Shown here: in pieces, positions 38,036 through 51,381 of the stretch | Layout: the number at the start of each line of letters is the position of its first letter | Position numbering within the stretch: the first letter of the stretch is position 1 | Source of the DNA: Eledone cirrhosa | Taxonomy: Eukaryota | Direction of reading: 5' to 3' | DNA length: 64,000 nt | Assembly: GCA_964016885.1 (NCBI GenBank) | Contig: OZ024741.1 | Location: 75,702,001-75,766,000 of the forward strand | Translations under genes and position numbers: made by a program | Notes under the pieces: model-generated | Databases searched by the model: none | The model's input: only the letters and a program-made list of their open reading frames with translations | Told to the model about the DNA's origin: nothing

Positions 38036-38939
38036 TCTTTTACCACTCAGCAACTCCCTGAGCTGCCTAAGCTTCACTCTGACCAGGTCACTGCAAACTG
38101 AGAGAGGCACTTTCTTACCACTTAGCATCTCTGACCAGGTCACTGTGTACAGAGACAGGCACTTTCTAACCCCTCAAGCATTTCCCTGAGCTGTCAGAGT
38201 TTGACTTTGATCAGATCACAGTGAGCGGAATCAGAAGTGTGGCTCAGCACCGAAGAAGTGAGTGTGTATATGTTTGGTGTTGTGCGTTGGTGGACTCCAT
38301 TACAGTTTTGTGTATGTGTGTTTATGTGTGCACCAAAAACAAAAAAGCAACAGCAACAACAATAACAACAACAATAGTAACAGCAAAAACATTAGCAACA
38401 ACACCATTATCAACCTTGAGAAACCAGTCAACAACCACCCTATATAACTGTTGAGATATTGATTTGTATGATGCTTTGTGTGTGTGTTTACACATGTATG
38501 TGTGTCTATCTGTTCTGTATGTGTGTATATGTGTGTGCATGTGTATGTGTATATATATATATATATATGGGTGTGTGTGTATGTGTGTGCGTATATATAT
38601 ATATGTGTGTGTGTGTGTGTATGTGTGTATGTGCGCGTATATATATGTATATGTGTGTGTATATGTATATATTCATATGTGTGTGTGTATGTATGTATAT
38701 ATATGTGTATGTGTGTGTGAGTAACAAACTAATAAAGCCTGAGAGGACCAGATAAATTACCCAGTGTTTTTAGTAGCAATGAAAACGTCTGTTTAGATTA
38801 AACAGGAATGACTCCCCCACCTCCCCATATCAGTAATTGAATTCTCTTCTTGGCAATTAAGAATCGTCTTAATTTGTCTTTTATCTCACTTTATATCCTC
38901 AGACTCAATGGACACTTCATTGCAATGGTTTTATTATTA

Positions 38940-39108
38940 TATCAGTAGAGGGTTGGATGCCATGCTTTCCAGCATAGTTACGTCCCTTTACGGTCTGAGT
39001 TCAAATCCCGTCGAGGTTAACTTTGCCTTTCATCCTTACGGGGTAGATAAAATAAAGAACCAGTAATGCACTGGGATAAATGCTGGCCTTGTGCCAATAG
39101 TAGAAACA

Positions 39109-39150
<42 letters not shown>
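38940..39150 (+). mobile_element. SINE-1 copy with (ATT)n tail
   Basis: Matches 6280-6450. Confidence 0.9.
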
Positions 39151-39153
<3 letters not shown>

Positions 39154-39344
39154 TTTATTTTCTTTCATTATTTTTTCTGAGATATATGCCAAGTGTCTTC
39201 CTGACACCTAGAGCAAATAAATTCACAGTGTGCATTGGTAAGCCAATTAATACAGCACATTGATTATAATAAAAATTAAAAAAAACAGTATACATATATA
39301 CACATGTGCATATGCATATGTAAATACAAGGAGGGATATCAATC

Positions 39345-40432
39345 TTACAGAGATAGTGCTCTTCTCAATACGTGTGCAGTACCAGTCAAAACAATTTTTT
39401 GCACCTTGTGCAGAGAGGGTAAACCAGGAATCATTCGCAAATATTGTTCTGTTCCTTTCTTGATCATACCCAGTCCTCCCACAATCACTGATATTGTAAC
39501 GGCCTTGAGGTGCCACATTTTCTCAATTTCAATAAGCAGATCTTTATATTTTCGTAGCTTGTCAAATTCTTTTGCCGCGATATTGTGATCACATGGGATG
39601 CTCATATCTATCAATAAACAGACCTTGTTATGTTGATCTTTTACAATGATGTCAGGTCTATTTGCTTTTATGGTCCTGTCAGTATGTACAGGAAAGTCCC
39701 AGAGAATTGTTACTTTTTCTCCTTCAGTTACAGCCTCATGGTGATGATTGTACCACTTGTCTTCAGCTTTGATTTTGTAATGCCGACATATTACCCAGTG
39801 TAGATATTGGCCAACTCTGTCATGTCTATATTTGTATTCTACTGGTGCTAAAACTTTACATCCAGAGACTAAGTGATCCACTGTTTCAACCTCAGCATTG
39901 CAGATTCGGCACTTTGGGTTTATTCCGTTTCTCATCACATTGGCCTGGTAATTACGAGTCAATAAGCTTTGATCTTGGGCAGTTATGATGAAGCCTTCAC
40001 TCTCTGCCTTTAGCCCTGAACTACGTAGCCACTGATGGGTGTGCTTTTGGTCAACATCAGCTTGTTTGCTGCGGGCCACATATTTGCCATGCAGAGGTTT
40101 CTGCTCCCAATTTGATGCTAATTGTCCTTGCCCTTTTGCTTTTGCCAGTGATTTTATGTGTCTAGCAGCATCAGTTGCAACAGTTTCTTTAGTCTGTCCA
40201 GCCTGGATGTCAATCATGAGATCAGTAGCATATTTTTTGCTCTCCTTCAAGATAGAATGAAGCTTCTTACTTCTCTCATGCTTTTCAACAAGTTTCAGCA
40301 TACAGTCGTTAGTTGTTTCAAGGTATTTGGCCAGTCCAATGATGGTGGTCTTGTAAGCAAGTTCAAATTGGATCAGGCCATGGCCTCCTTGAGTTCTAGG
40401 AAGGTAAAGACGATCCACATCTGCTTTTGTCC
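39345..40432 (-). mobile_element. R4/Dong-like LINE 3' fragment with open CCHC knuckle and restriction-like endonuclease
   Basis: 364-aa ORF containing ADVDRLYLPR.QGG.GL, CRIC...ETVDHLVSGC, RHDRV, ANRPDIIVKD, LIDMSIP and K..KYKDL. Confidence 0.93.
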
Positions 40433-40730
40433 ACACCACCTTTACACTGTAAAGTTATGTTGGAATCACAACAAAACTCATCCAGCCTACACTATAAAAT
40501 GGAAGTGTAGGTGTCATGACCAAAAGCATCCAGCCTACACTGTAAAGTGGTCATGTAGGAGTCATGACAAAAAGCACCCAGCACACACTGTAAATGTGGT
40601 TGGCTTTAGAAACCTAGCCAGAAATAGTTCTATATGAGCAAGACACAGTTACTTGACCCAATTTTCCTCCAATGGGACAACCCATCTAACCCATGCTAGT
40701 GTGAAAAATGGACGTTAAGTGATGATGATG
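40433..40730 (+). mobile_element. RTE-3'UTR-type element with tandem units of about 40 bp and (GAT)n tail
   Basis: ACACTGTAAAGTGG.C.TGTAGG.GTCA.GACAAAAAGCACCCAG units, then CCCATGCTAGTGTG...GGACGTTAA. Confidence 0.8.
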
Positions 40731-40849
40731 AAATCAGTGGGCTTGAAATTCAGCATGTAGAGGCAGTACCATGCTGGCCAGCAAACATTTCTGCTGCTAC
40801 TCCAATGGCCCAGTCAGAGTGCTTGGAATTTGGTTTGGACTGATGACTC

Positions 40850-41090
40850 AAAGGAATACAGGTGGAATCTAAAAAAACTGCCAACAAATTAAAACACAAC
40901 CAGCCTGATATTGTTGTTTGGGACCACATTAAAAACATGCTCTGTTGTAGAAGACAGCTGCCCACTTGATGTCAATGTGGTAAGAAAAATGCCAGACAAG
41001 GAGGATATCAACAAGTAATTGTCGAGGAGTTTGCAATTCCAGTATCCAAGATATACGTTCATCTTCATATCTTAATTCATAAGCTAGAAA
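40850..41090 (+). mobile_element. Restriction-like endonuclease remnant of an R2/R4-group LINE
   Basis: KLKHNQPDIVVWD...TCSVVEDSCPLDVNVV.K..DKE...LQFQYPRYTF. Confidence 0.65.
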
Positions 41091-41262
41091 TGTCCGTGAT
41101 ATTGGAAACCTTAAAAATTTGTAAAACATTTTTACGATTCAAATGATAAATGCTTACACATGAGGTGCCAACAATTTCCTTTTCTTTACAACTTTGCCAC
41201 CGGGAAGATGGCCAGTCAAAAATAAACTCAAAATTAAGAGAAAGAGAGAACATACGCACATA

Positions 41263-41453
41263 TTAACACTTTTGACACCAAACCGTCTTAAACCGTCCTT
41301 GGGTCAATGCTACAAAGCTTATTTTATAGTGTTTATATTTATTTAACACTAGATTGATAACAAGAAAGTAATGTTACTAAATCTTTCCAAATTTTTTATC
41401 ATTTTCAAAATTATTTTAGAATAATAGTGTCCTCATGGTAACGAAAGGTCTGA
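41263..41453. mobile_element. piggyBac-like MITE remnant
   Basis: TTAACACTTTTGACACC... and ...GGTAACGAAAGG, homologous to 21417-21616. Confidence 0.45.
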
Positions 41454-41898
41454 AATAATATAAATTATGGTGCGGGCATGGCTTTGTTGTGAAGGAGTTT
41501 TCTTCGTAAACACATAGTCTTGGGTTCAGTCCTACTGTTTGGCTCCATAGAGTAGACCAATGCCTTTTGAGTGGAATTTACGTATTAGTGTGTGTGTGTA
41601 TGTATGTGTCTAAATTGGCAGTTCGATAACAAAGATTAATAAAATATGTACTATATTTGAAAAAATAAGTATTTGGGTCGATATGATCAACTGCATAGTG
41701 GCAGTCTAATGACTAAAACAATAAGAGTACTAGAGCATGAGTCTACTCAAGGAAATATATACTAATAATATGGATTTTATAAAAAGAAAAAAAAGTAGAA
41801 TAATTTCCCTTGATATTCTAAGTCTATATGGTTGTAAAAATATAAAAGATTTCAAGACTACGCAAGGGAGAAAACTCTTTCAAGTAAAATTGTGTAAA

Positions 41899-42084
41899 TA
41901 TGAGGGTCGACTGAAAAGATTATAGGCTGACCAAGATACTCTTGTGGAATAACCAAATGAGATTTATTTTTCAACATAGTCCATGGAAAGAAACAATGCA
42001 GTTATTAATAAGAAGAGCTGAAATTAATGCAAGCAACATTTCACAGCTCTAGCATCATTCCTTCATATTCATCTTACCCTCGTA
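41899..42084. mobile_element. mariner-type non-autonomous remnant
   Basis: Ends TA-TGAGGG... and ...CCCTCG-TA. Internal TTTATTTTTCAACATAGTC is the reverse complement of the GACTATGTTGAAAAATAAA end of the transposase at 26199-26217. Confidence 0.6.
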
Positions 42085-42289
42085 TATATAGTATCTTTTA
42101 TTTCCAGGATAAAAATTACATAAATATAATAAAGAATTTAATATTTAGTCAGACTTATAGAAAAAAAAAGTAGCATTACAAAATACAATAACTGCTATAA
42201 ATGAGGGAAAATGGAGGAAAGAGCAAGGATTGTTACGCACCAAAAGAAAGAAAGAAAGAAAGAAAGAAAGGGAGAGGATGACAGCCTCT

Positions 42290-42790
42290 ATACCTAAGTC
42301 AGAGCGATGTTTCGGTTGTGCCCCGCAGACAAAATGACAAAGGCATTTTTGCGGACAATGGCCAGCGACACCCGTTGCATCATCCCCACCACCACCACCA
42401 CTTCACAGGGCTCCTTACTCAGACTGGCTGTTGTCATTCCGATTTTATGGATGAGGTCTCTACTGCGACCGGTGTAAAGAGAAAACGGCCAGACAAGCTC
42501 CAATATTTGCTTATCTTCCTGTCTTCTGCATTGTAGGCCACGTATCAGGGTTTGTGGCCAAATCAGCTAGGTTGGAGACGGAGAACATGTCGCAGCATGT
42601 CGCGTCCCAGGTAACGGATTTACCTCCCACGAATGGGAAGGCAGTAATTCGTCGGTGCGCTTGCCAACTCCACAGTCGAAATCTGTTGGCTCTAGTTGTG
42701 ATGGGAAGCCGGCTGCATCTAAGCTCCTCATTATGTCGTTCAGAACGGCATGTCGGGAGAACTGGACTGCGCTCTGGCAGCATGATCGTG
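42290..42790 (-). mobile_element. CRE-clade LINE 3' fragment (restriction-like endonuclease)
   Basis: RHAVLNDIM.RSL..AGFPSQLEP....GKR.D...GKSVTWDATC.D...AEDRK.SKY..L..RFLFTPVAVET...QRVSLAIVR.NA. Confidence 0.85.
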
Positions 42791-43043
42791 GATGCAGGCC
42801 GAACTCGCCAAGAACAGCTCCATATCGGCCAATGAGATATTCAAAGTTAATCACTTGACCTTCTAGAAATAGCAACCAAATCTCCTTCAAACCACCCAGT
42901 CCTGTCTTTTTAAAATATGAGGCGAGGTATAGAAAAATATCAATTAAACGGGAATGTTTCCTTTTTTTTTTTTTTTTTTGCGGACATTATTTAAAAACAT
43001 CAGTCATTAAGGTATATATATCGTTTCCTGTACCAATCCCCGC

Positions 43044-43380
43044 TGATAATCTATCTTTACAATTGTAAAGATAGATTATCAACGTGTGATCTTCATCTAT
43101 GTGATCTTTAAATAGAAATTTACTGCTCTCTTTTTACCTACTCCCGTTCTCCATTCACCCTACCAAAAACCCAGTAATAAGTGTATATAAAAGGAACATG
43201 GGACATCTGTCAATAGTTTAGATGTGGATCACGCATGTAAACTCACATATCTGAGGAGATGTCGAAGAAGAGTAAGGCTTCGATTGTCTTGATCACACCC
43301 GAGTTGATCGATATTGAAATAATTGTAATAGGCAAATAAAGTTTCTGCACAACTACATATCTGATTTCAATTATTTTCAC
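43044..43380 (+). mobile_element. ORF-less PLE pseudo-LTR-like insert with hammerhead
   Basis: Starts with a perfect 38-bp palindrome. TATATAAA at about 43184, hammerhead at 43246-43332, AATAAA at 43335, then (TA)(TG)n. Confidence 0.65.
43246..43332 (+). ncRNA. Type I hammerhead motif with extended stem II (slightly decayed)
   Basis: CATAT CTGAGGA GATGTCGA...TCGATATT GAAAT AATT GTA ATAGG. Stem II is 8 bp with two G-U pairs, the stem III loop is palindromic AATT, and the site is GUA. Confidence 0.65.
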
Positions 43381-43519
<139 letters not shown>

Positions 43520-43619
43520 TTGCTCTACGCTTTTTATATATTTTTATATATATCTTATCCTTATCGAGCCCTCTTCAGATTTTAGACTTCACATTTATTA
43601 TTATTACTATATATATATA

Positions 43620-44622
43620 CACAGTGAATAGTGTATGAGTCATGATATACATGTGTGCATGTATATCGAGGGGGAATATTAGGTGTAGTGTTGGCGAATC
43701 TCAGGAAGAATGGGGGTTTTAAAGGATGCAGTGTCTCGACAGCTAACAACTGATGCAGGTAGTTTGTTCCATGCTTCAGCAACTCTGTGCGTGAAAAAAT
43801 GTTTCCGAAAGTTATGGGAGCTGTGCTATTTTCTGACTGTTGGCATGGAAATCAAAAAGGTACTCAGAGTTGTTGTTGGCAAGATGGTTAATAATTTTGT
43901 GGGTGTTTACCAAGTCAGTTGCCTGATGTCGGAGCTTCAATGTATTCATGCACAGGGAAGCAAGGCATTCAAAGTATGGTAGATGCCTGATGGAGGGTAT
44001 TCGCTTGGTTGCACGTCTCTGAACAGTTTCCAGGCGGTCAATGTTCTGAATAAGATAGGGGTTCCAGACTGGTGATGCAAATTCTAAGTGTGGCTGCACC
44101 ATAGCTATATACAGCTTTAAATAGATAGCTGTAGAGCGGCTGACAAAGGTCTTGCTGAGTAATGCTAAGACACCCTCGGCCTTCTTGACAATTTTAGAGA
44201 CGTGCTTCGTCCAACGCCAATCGCTGCTGGCAGTAATGCCCAGGTCACGTTCACAAAAAGACTTCTTGATATTAGTGTTGTGGAGGGAGTATGTGGACGC
44301 TGGGTTTTTACTCCCAAAATGCATGGTGGTGCACTTGTCCACAGCCAGCTTGAGTTGCCAGTCCGTGATCCATTGTTGCATTGTGTCCAGGTCAGATTGC
44401 AGGCAAGATCTATAGTCTTCAGGATCTGTTCTTTTTATCTCAAGGTACAGCTTGATGTCATCTGCATATTTCAGTACTGTGGCATTCTTTAAGTTGGCAT
44501 CTATGTCATTAATATATGCCACAAACAAAAGAGGGCCAAGAACAGATCCCTGTGGTACACCAGATGACATCTCATACGGTGAGGAATTCTGTCCTAGAAC
44601 CGTGACTACCTCTCTTCGACTG
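43620..44622 (-). mobile_element. CR1-type LINE, 5'-truncated
   Basis: ORF 43812-44570 SGVPQGSVLGPLLF..YINDI, YADDIKLY, ERDLG, PHLEFASPVWNP, LETVQRRATK. Confidence 0.93.
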
Positions 44623-44869
44623 AGAATGTGTATGTGTGTGTAACAAATTTATTAAATAATATATATATAACGCATATAACAAATATAATTAATCATTGCT
44701 AGGAACCTCACAAAAACAACGTACCAAAATATATGACCATAGAAAGAGGGAGGAAGCAAAAGAAAAGTGTGCGGGGTGGGGGGACAAAAACGATCATCAA
44801 TTCACCACCTATTTGTAATGAAATTATGAAAGAATTGTCAGCAATTTGTAATGTCATTTATGTATAATA

Positions 44870-45750
44870 TCATCATCATCATCGTTTAACGTCCATCTTC
44901 CACGCTTGCATGGGTTTGGACGGGAATTTTCCCACTTGAGGCAAGATTGGTTGACTTGCTCGTATAGGACTGTCTGGCGGGTTTTCTACGGCTGGATGCC
45001 CTTCCTAACACCAACCACGTTTACAGTGTGGACTGTTTTTACCGTGTTACCTACACGGCCACATTACAGCTTGGACTGTGTGCTTTTTTGTCGTGACACC
45101 TACACGACCTCATTTGTTTCGGACTGGATGTTGTGGTACCAACATAACTTTACATTGAAAGGGGTGGTGTGGATGGGGTGGGGTAGTGGGACAGGGGTGT
45201 GTTTTGTTAGAGGTGCCTACTGACTGTAGGTTTCGCTTTGTACTTAGGCAAGGCGGGTCTTCTGTATTACTGTGTAGCGCCAAAGATCTCGGTCCAGTGA
45301 CATTGTCTTGGAGAGGTGTAAGTGTGTAAGGTCGGAATTTATCAAGTCGTCCCAGGTTTTTATGGGTCTGCCTACTCTGTGGCTACCGTCTATTTTTATC
45401 GCACTTTTTTATACAGCTGTCGTCTTTCATGCGCATCACGTGACCGTACCAACGTAGTCTTCGCTCGAGTAAACAGCATCTGATCCCTCTTATTCCTAAT
45501 TTCTCCCTTAGTTCATTTATGCTTTGCCGTTCACGTATATTACTATTACACATCCATAGGAGCATGCAAGCGTCGTTCCTCTCCAGTGCGTATATCCTCT
45601 GCACACAATGCCCAAGTCTCACTGCCATGTAACATTGCTGTTCATATGCAGGCATCATACAGCCTGCCTTTCATTTTTAGAGAGAACCCTTTAGCGGCCA
45701 ATAGTAGTATAAGCTCTCTGAACTTTTTCCATCCCGTTCTGACTCTAGCT
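44870..45750 (-). mobile_element. RTE-A 3' fragment
   Basis: Reverse complement of about 12661-13690. (CAT)n tail and a TA tract at the truncation point. Confidence 0.95.
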
Positions 45751-46074
45751 AATATATATATATTAATAATATATATATATTAATAAATCAAAATATATGT
45801 TACAAATTTATTTACTTATTTATTCACAATTGTATAAATAACATTACAAATTATTTATAACTCTTACAGAATGAAAACAGACATAAATAATATAGATAAC
45901 ACTCAACGAATACTTCCTACTGAATGAAAATATAAACACAAACAACAGATACTGTCAACTGCTGCTAGGAACCTTATAGATATAAGGCACAAAAATATAT
46001 GATTAAAGCGAGGGGAAAAAATCAATTCACTACCAAGTACGTCAATCGGTCACATACAACAAGAGTCAACGGGA

Positions 46075-46390
46075 ATTTTAGGGACAAGCCAACACGCTTG
46101 CGACATTACCACGAGTGATGGCGAGGCTAAGGCGCTGAAACAACCAGGCACCTTTACGTTCATTACCTGACACCTAGCGAGCCGCTAACGATGACAAGAA
46201 CTTTAGTCAGCGGCTCAGCTCCACCAAATGTCTCGAACGTCACATGCTAGAAAAAATAGTTAGTTCCCAGTATTTTATGATTCTATTCCATTCGGCTATG
46301 AAAGCAATTACCCTCACATTTACCGCGGTATCCATGATATGGGAGGGAGAAAAAAAGTTACTGACTGTGGCGTCCCAGATGAGACCAGCT
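46075..46390 (-). mobile_element. CRE-clade LINE 3' fragment
   Basis: GLIWDATV...TFETFGG...AWLFQRLSLAITRGNVASVLACP*. Confidence 0.8.
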
Positions 46391-46468
46391 TTTTTAGTTA
46401 CAAAACATAAAAGAACATAGAGGGCAACAAAAAAGAAGAAAACGAAATTATGAGGGAAAACTGTACTC

Positions 46469-46800
46469 CAGTGATTCCCAAATCATGAGCCGCGTTGCAC
46501 TGATGCGCCGCAAAAGACTAAGATTAAGTTTTAAGATGTGAAAAATACAAACTGAAATACGTATGATGGTTCATATATAGCTGTCAACGTGGCAAACAAG
46601 TAAAGTTTACTAACAAGATTTGCGAAAAATAGCACAATCCGGGGATGAATGGGCCTAGAACGTTTTAACTCTATGTTATGCTATGTCTGAAAAAGCTTTT
46701 TTAATAAATTTTCGAATTTATAGTACAAAGGGAGCCGGCATACTTTTACATTTTTTTTTTTAATGCACTATAAGTAAAAAAAGAAGTTTGGGAACCACTG
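46469..46800. mobile_element. hAT (Charlie-like) MITE
   Basis: TIRs CAGTGATTCCCAAA and TTTGGGAACCACTG. The 8-bp flanks CTGTACTC and CTTTACAC match at 6 of 8 positions. Confidence 0.85.
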
Positions 46801-46839
46801 CTTTACACGTTTGGATGGTATATCTCAGATGTGCTACAC

Positions 46840-47070
46840 GATGCACAAAATGGCGAAAGCATTGCCATGAAGAACAGCCAGTGATGCTCGTTGCATCAGC
46901 CATTACATCTCACGAAGTTCCTCCCTTTTCAAACGCGAATACGATCATCCTGATTTGATGGAATAAAACCGCAGTACGATGACGAGAACATGGAAGTCTC
47001 AGTGGCGACTGTCACAAAAAGGAAACCGCCAGTCAAACGGTTTGTGGCCGCGAAGCGATAAGGTAGACAG
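46840..47070 (-). mobile_element. CRE-clade LINE 3' fragment
   Basis: Homologous to 42325-42500. Minus strand reads GFLFVTVATETS...LMQRASLAVLHGNAFAILC. Confidence 0.72.
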
Positions 47071-47224
47071 TGCTACAACATATGGCGTTCTAGGTGAGCG
47101 ATTTATTTGTTTGTTTGTTTTTTATTTGTTTTTTTTTTACATAGTTTGGCAAAATCGTTCAAAGTGACGGATAAAAGGCTTTGTGGTATATAATTACGGC
47201 CCTTTACATTACGTTTGCATTAAG

Positions 47225-48000
47225 AACATTGCTCAGAACATTGACCTCCTGGAAACTGTTCAGAGACGTGCAACCAAGCGAATACCCTCCATCAGGCATC
47301 TACCATACTCTGAACGCCTTGCTTCCCTGGGCATAGATATATAGCATTTTACTGAGAAAGGATTCTACTTCCTATCTAGAGAGCGTTAATCTAGAGTTCA
47401 AATCCCGCCGAAGTTAACTTTGCCTTTCATCCTTACGGGGTCGATAAAATAAAGTACCAGTAATGTGCTGGGTAATTGCTGGCCTTGTGCCTAAAGTAGA
47501 AACAGTTAATCTATTGGTGATGTGAGTGTCACAACAAGGGAGGCAACTCCTGCTACAGATACATTGAAGCTCCGACGTCTGGCAACTGACTTGGTAAACA
47601 CACACAAAATTATAAACCATCTTGCCAACAACAACCCTGAGCACCTTTTTGATTTCCATGTGTCTAACACACGTGGGCATGCCTACAAAGTCAGAAAACA
47701 GCACAGCTCCCATGACTTTCGGAAACATATTTTCATGCTCAGAGTTGCTGAAGCATGGAGCAAACTACCTGCATCAGTTATTAGCTGTCGAGACACTGCA
47801 TCCTTTAAAACCTCCATGCTTCCTGAAATTCGCCAAGACTATACCTGATATTCCCCCTCCATACACACGCACACATGTATATCATGACTCGTACACTGTT
47901 CACTTTCCTGACACGTGTACCTTATTCTATGTACTATACATGCACCTTTGATGAGTTGTAGTTCATCTGAGCACTGTATACAATAATTTCATTATTATTA
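47225..48000 (+). mobile_element. CR1 3' fragment interrupted by an insert of about 215 bp containing a partial SINE-1
   Basis: CR1 at 47225-47339 resumes near 47557 (AGATACATTGAAGCTCCG). SINE core at 47394-47506. (ATT)n tail. Confidence 0.88.
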
Positions 48001-48319
48001 TCCCGTGTAGATCATTATTGCCTTTCATTCTTTCGGAGTCGATAAGATAAAGTACCACTCACGTACTGGGATCGATATAACCGATTTTCCCTCCCCTTCA
48101 CAATTGGTGGCTTCCTTCCTAAATTAGAAACCATTGTGGTATTGTGAAACGATACTTGTCTGTATGTATATATGGCTATCTACTTATAAAAAAAAAACAT
48201 ATCTACCTATTTATAGTAAAATCACTTAAACTTTTACTCTACAAAATACTTCAGCAATGGTGGTATAATCATTGACTCCATCTCTCTCCCCATCTCTCAC
48301 TATTATAAGTAAATGGGGC

Positions 48320-48565
48320 CCACGCGCTGAAGGCCCCAGCAGACAGAATAGAAAAGGCATTTCCCCAGGAGGAGCCATTCCAGCTCGCGAGGCTCACACC
48401 TGCGGGTAGCCAACTCCGTGCTGTTGGTGGTAAATAGGGAGGTGGTCCTAGGCCAAGGATACCAGAAGCTCCACTGCTACGGGCTCGACTGCAAACCTGT
48501 CGGAGAGCGACTGATATTTGGAGAATTTACCGTCCTCAGTCCGAAGTGCAGTAGTAGTGCCTGGA
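48320..48565 (-). mobile_element. CRE-clade LINE 3' fragment
   Basis: TEDGKFSKYQSLSDRFAVEPVAVE...EPRELEWLL..GNAFSILSAG. Confidence 0.75.
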
Positions 48566-49691
48566 TTATATGATCATTTAAAATGTATTTTACTTATTTA
48601 AAGGGGAAGTAAATGTTTATAACTTACTCTTGTTGTAGAGTTGTTTCCCTTGATAAACTAAGCAATAATCATAATATATTTAGTATTTGTGCCTGTAACT
48701 CTTTAAAATGTACACACATAAACAGACACACAATGCATTTCCTGTATCAGTTATGTTGCTACAATAATAAGTTCACATTTCAATCACAAGATCCTAGGCT
48801 CTAACCCTACATTTATCCCTATATATAGTTATTTTTTCCAAAGTTACTCATACTTATAATACTGTATGTCATTTGTATATACATGATGAACATTTATGTA
48901 ATTATGTCCTAGAAATATATTACTGAAGTATCATCTTTATCATTAATTACTTCCACAGGTGAGTAATCAACGTCAACTATACGGTTTCTCTTATGCAAAC
49001 TTTAAATTCATCAAAACGCAAATTTCCCAGGACCATAAAACCCAGACATTCTCTGTTAATATCAATGCTGCTTAGCACTGCTGGATTGAGTGATACCAGT
49101 GGCCAGCTAATGAAGGCAATGTTCCACAGTGCTAGTATGAATGTGTGCATCCATATATGACATGAATAGTTAGCTATAAAGTGTTTCATTTGACAAAGTT
49201 TATATTAGACATGCTTGGAAGGTGGAAAAAACATATTTGTCATTTTATGCAACATATTTACTAGACTGAAAATCTCATTAACAACGATAACAATAATTTA
49301 TTGTGAAACAATAAAATATATTTTTTATGTACGTTTGGTAAAAGAAAAACATTTGATGCTGCGATAAAATACACCCAGTCTACTCTGTAAGGTGTTAGTG
49401 CTGGTGCCACGATAGAATACACCCAATACACTCTGTAAGGTATTAGTGATAGTACTACAATAAAATGCACTCAGTACATTCCACAAAGTATTAGTGCTGG
49501 TGCCGATAATAAGGTTTAACTGATGCCAGTGTTTAAACCAGAAATCCCCAAATGTTTTACACCATCAAACCATTCATAAAATGTTTGACCCCTTATCAAC
49601 TCCAGGCATGTACAAAAATAGGTAAGTAAATAAATATATCAGTAAACAGAATACAAAATAGATAGACAATAAAGACTAATTATAGAAAAGG

Positions 49692-50000
49692 GCACAGCTC
49701 CCGTGACTTTCAGAAACATTTTTTTACATTCAGAATTGCTGAAGCATGGAACAAACTACCTGCATCAGTTGTTAGCTGTTGGAACACTGCATTTTTAAAA
49801 CTTCCATGCTTCCTGAAATTCGTCAACACTGCACCTGATATCCCCTCCCCCCTCCATACACACACACTCATATATCTGTGCGTGTATCATGACTCAGACA
49901 CTGTTCACTTTCCTTACATTTGTACATTATTCTATGTACTATACATGCAACTTTGATGAGTTGTAGTGCACCTGAGGACTGTACGCAATAATTTTCTTTA
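49692..50000 (+). mobile_element. CR1 3' end
   Basis: Matches 47701-48000. Confidence 0.88.
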
Positions 50001-50034
50001 TTATATGGAAGATGTATTTTATTGTATTATTTGG

Positions 50035-50205
50035 ATCGGTAGAGGGTCGGACGCCATTCTTTCCAGTATAGTTACGTCCCTTTACGATCTGAGTTCAAAT
50101 CCCGCCGAGGTTGACTTTGCCTTTCATCCTTACGGGGTCGATAAAATAAAGTACCAGTAATGCCCTGAGTAATTGCTGGCCTTGTGCCTAAAGTAGAAAC
50201 AATTA
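50035..50205 (+). mobile_element. SINE-1 copy
   Basis: Matches 6279-6450. Confidence 0.9.
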
Positions 50206-50389
50206 TTTTATGTATTTTCATTTCTTTGCAATTGTCAGGTTTTCGTATGAAAATTTAATCAACATCATAAGTATTCTCATTGAATCCTGTCGATCAATTT
50301 ATAAACCCTTGGTTTAGACCATGACTGCTTCCAAGTTGCTCTATGGTGGGGGTTAATGCTGCAGTAGGTATTAATGGCACATACATACA

Positions 50390-51381
50390 TATATTAATGA
50401 CATAGATGCCAACTTAAAGAATGCCACAGTACTGAAATATGCAGATGACATCAAGCTGTACCTTGAGATAAAAAGGACGGATCCTGAACACTATAGATCT
50501 TTCCTACAATCAGACCTGGACACAATGCAGCAATGGATCATGCACTGGCAACTCAAGCTGTGTGTAGACAAGTGTATCACCATGCATTTTGGGAGGAAAA
50601 ACCCAGAGTCCACATACTCCCTCCACAACACTAATATCAAGTCTTCTTGTGAACGGGACTTGGGCATTATTGTCAGCAGTGATTGGCGTTGGACAAAGCA
50701 CATCTCTAAAATTGTCAAGAAGGTCGAAGGTGTCTTGGCATCACTCAGCAAGACCTTTGTCAGCTGCTCTCCAGCTATCTATTTAAAGCTGTATATAGCT
50801 ATGGTGCAGCCACACTTAGAATTTGCATCAGCAGTGTGGAACCCCTATCTTACTCAGAACATTGACCTCTTGGAAACTGTTCAGAGATGTGCAACCAAGC
50901 AAATACCCTCCATCAGGCATCTACCATACTCTGAATGCCTTGCCTCCCTAGGCATAGATACATTGAAGCTTCGACATCAGGCAACTGACTTGGTAAACAC
51001 CCACAAAATTATTAACCATCTTGCTAACAACAACCCTGAGTACCTTTTTGAATTCCATGTGTCCAACACACGTGGGCATGCCCACAAAGTCAGAAAACAG
51101 CACAGCTCCCATAACTTTCGGAAACAGTTTTTCATGCTCAGAGTTGCTGAAGCATGGAATAGACTACCTGCATCAGTTGTTAGCTGCTGGGACACTGCAT
51201 CCTTTAAAACCTCCATTCTTCCTGAAATTCGCCAATACTACATATACACACACACATGTATATCCTGACTCATACACTGTTCACTTTCCTGACATTTGTA
51301 CATTATTCTATGTACTATACATGCACCTTTGATGAGTTGTAGTGCACCCGAAAACTGTACACAATAATTTCATTATTATTA
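50390..51381 (+). mobile_element. CR1-type LINE, 5'-truncated
   Basis: INDID...YADDIKLY followed by ORF 50525-51268. Near-identical to 43620-44520 reversed. (ATT)n tail. Confidence 0.93.

Noticed and set aside
46840-47100. CpG-rich patch with a YY1-like CAAAATGGCG and an AG|GTGAG donor, resembling a host promoter or first exon
   Set aside because: It aligns with the CRE endonuclease fragment at 42325-42500 on the minus strand, so it is a transposon remnant.
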